Notes under the pieces: generated by a model
What the model was told of the DNA's origin: nothing
Database searches by the model: none
The model's input: the letters and a program-made list of their open reading frames with translations, nothing else
Shown here: piece after piece, positions 63,291 to 64,000 of the stretch
Layout of the letters: every line of letters begins with the position of its first letter
Position numbering within the stretch: position 1 is the first letter of the stretch
Assembly: GCA_964247055.1 (NCBI GenBank)
Contig: OZ176050.1
Span: forward strand, 13,826,001-13,890,000
Direction of reading: 5' to 3'
DNA: 64,000 nt
From: Paragordius varius
Lineage: Eukaryota > Animalia > Nematomorpha
Made by a program: the position numbers and the translations under genes

Positions 63291-64000
63291 CTAGTATACG
63301 TTTTCTATTTTAAAAAAATTAATTGTATATTTGTTTAACTAATTGCTAAAAAAATGAATTTATTAAATGTTTTTCAAATAGAATAAATCCAATATTATTT
63401 TACTCTTAATTTGTTTTAGTTTAAAAATACAATTGATTACATATCAGCGATAGATTAAAATGGTTATTTTATTTTTAGTTATCGATTAAAACCCCAAAAA
63501 TATGTTTGTATATAACGTAATTACAAATTTAAATTATTTAGCCTTAAATTGTTTCGATCATAGTTTTGAAAAATTTAAGCTGTATATTATCTAATATAGC
63601 GATAAATTAGAACCGCAAGAAATTAATAATTTTTTAAATATTAAAAAAATATTTTAAACTGCGTTTCATACCGGTACCAATTTGATTTTTATCATTATTG
63701 TAGAATATGTTTACTTTGTATTAAAATATCATTTTCCATTTATCTAATCATATATGTATATTCCTTTGTTTAAGCACATTAATATTTAATTGATATTGCT
63801 TTTAAATTTAAAAATATATGAAAATCATTTGACAAAAAACTTTGTATCCAGAACCGTTCATATTAATTATATATATATATATATATATCTCAAAAATATT
63901 TAAGAAAAATTAAATTCCTAAAATTTCACATTTTAGGCATTTGTACACACAATAAGATATCATTATATATTTAAAACTTTCGTAATAATAAAAAATAAAA

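Noticed and set aside
1-64000. Assigning an organism from tiny introns and AT richness (for example a myxozoan, mesozoan or nematomorph)
   Set aside because: The features are compatible with several reduced or parasitic animal lineages; a BLAST of MORC or CAP-G is needed.

Overview
A very AT-rich eukaryotic (animal) genomic window, not bacterial. The supplied ORF track shows only exon fragments, so I rebuilt the genes by hand from GT-AG phase continuity and similarity to protein families recalled from memory; no search was run. All host genes lie on the minus strand: (1) a 3-exon NK2.2/vnd-type homeobox gene of about 823 aa (2333-5429); (2) two tandem, diverged paralogues encoding a signal-peptide protein of no family I recognise (about 23235-25935 and 30341-32908), the left copy apparently frameshifted; (3) a complete MORC2-like GHKL-ATPase/CW gene, 25 exons, about 1024 aa (34192-52858); (4) the 3' part of the condensin I subunit CAP-G/NCAPG gene (54328 to beyond 63290). 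Mobile DNA comprises a young, full-length Ty3/Gypsy (Mag-like) LTR element with one frameshift (12323-16866), a non-autonomous Helitron carrying an internal satellite (10385-12231), decayed hAT, mariner and RTE-LINE copies, and more than 30 MITE copies from several families, mostly in introns. The most notable observations are: two related foldback MITE families built on a 21-bp unit; 20-28 nt introns coexisting with MITE-inflated introns; the orphan secreted-protein pair; and lineage-specific remodelling of NK2, MORC and CAP-G. The organism cannot be identified from the sequence alone.
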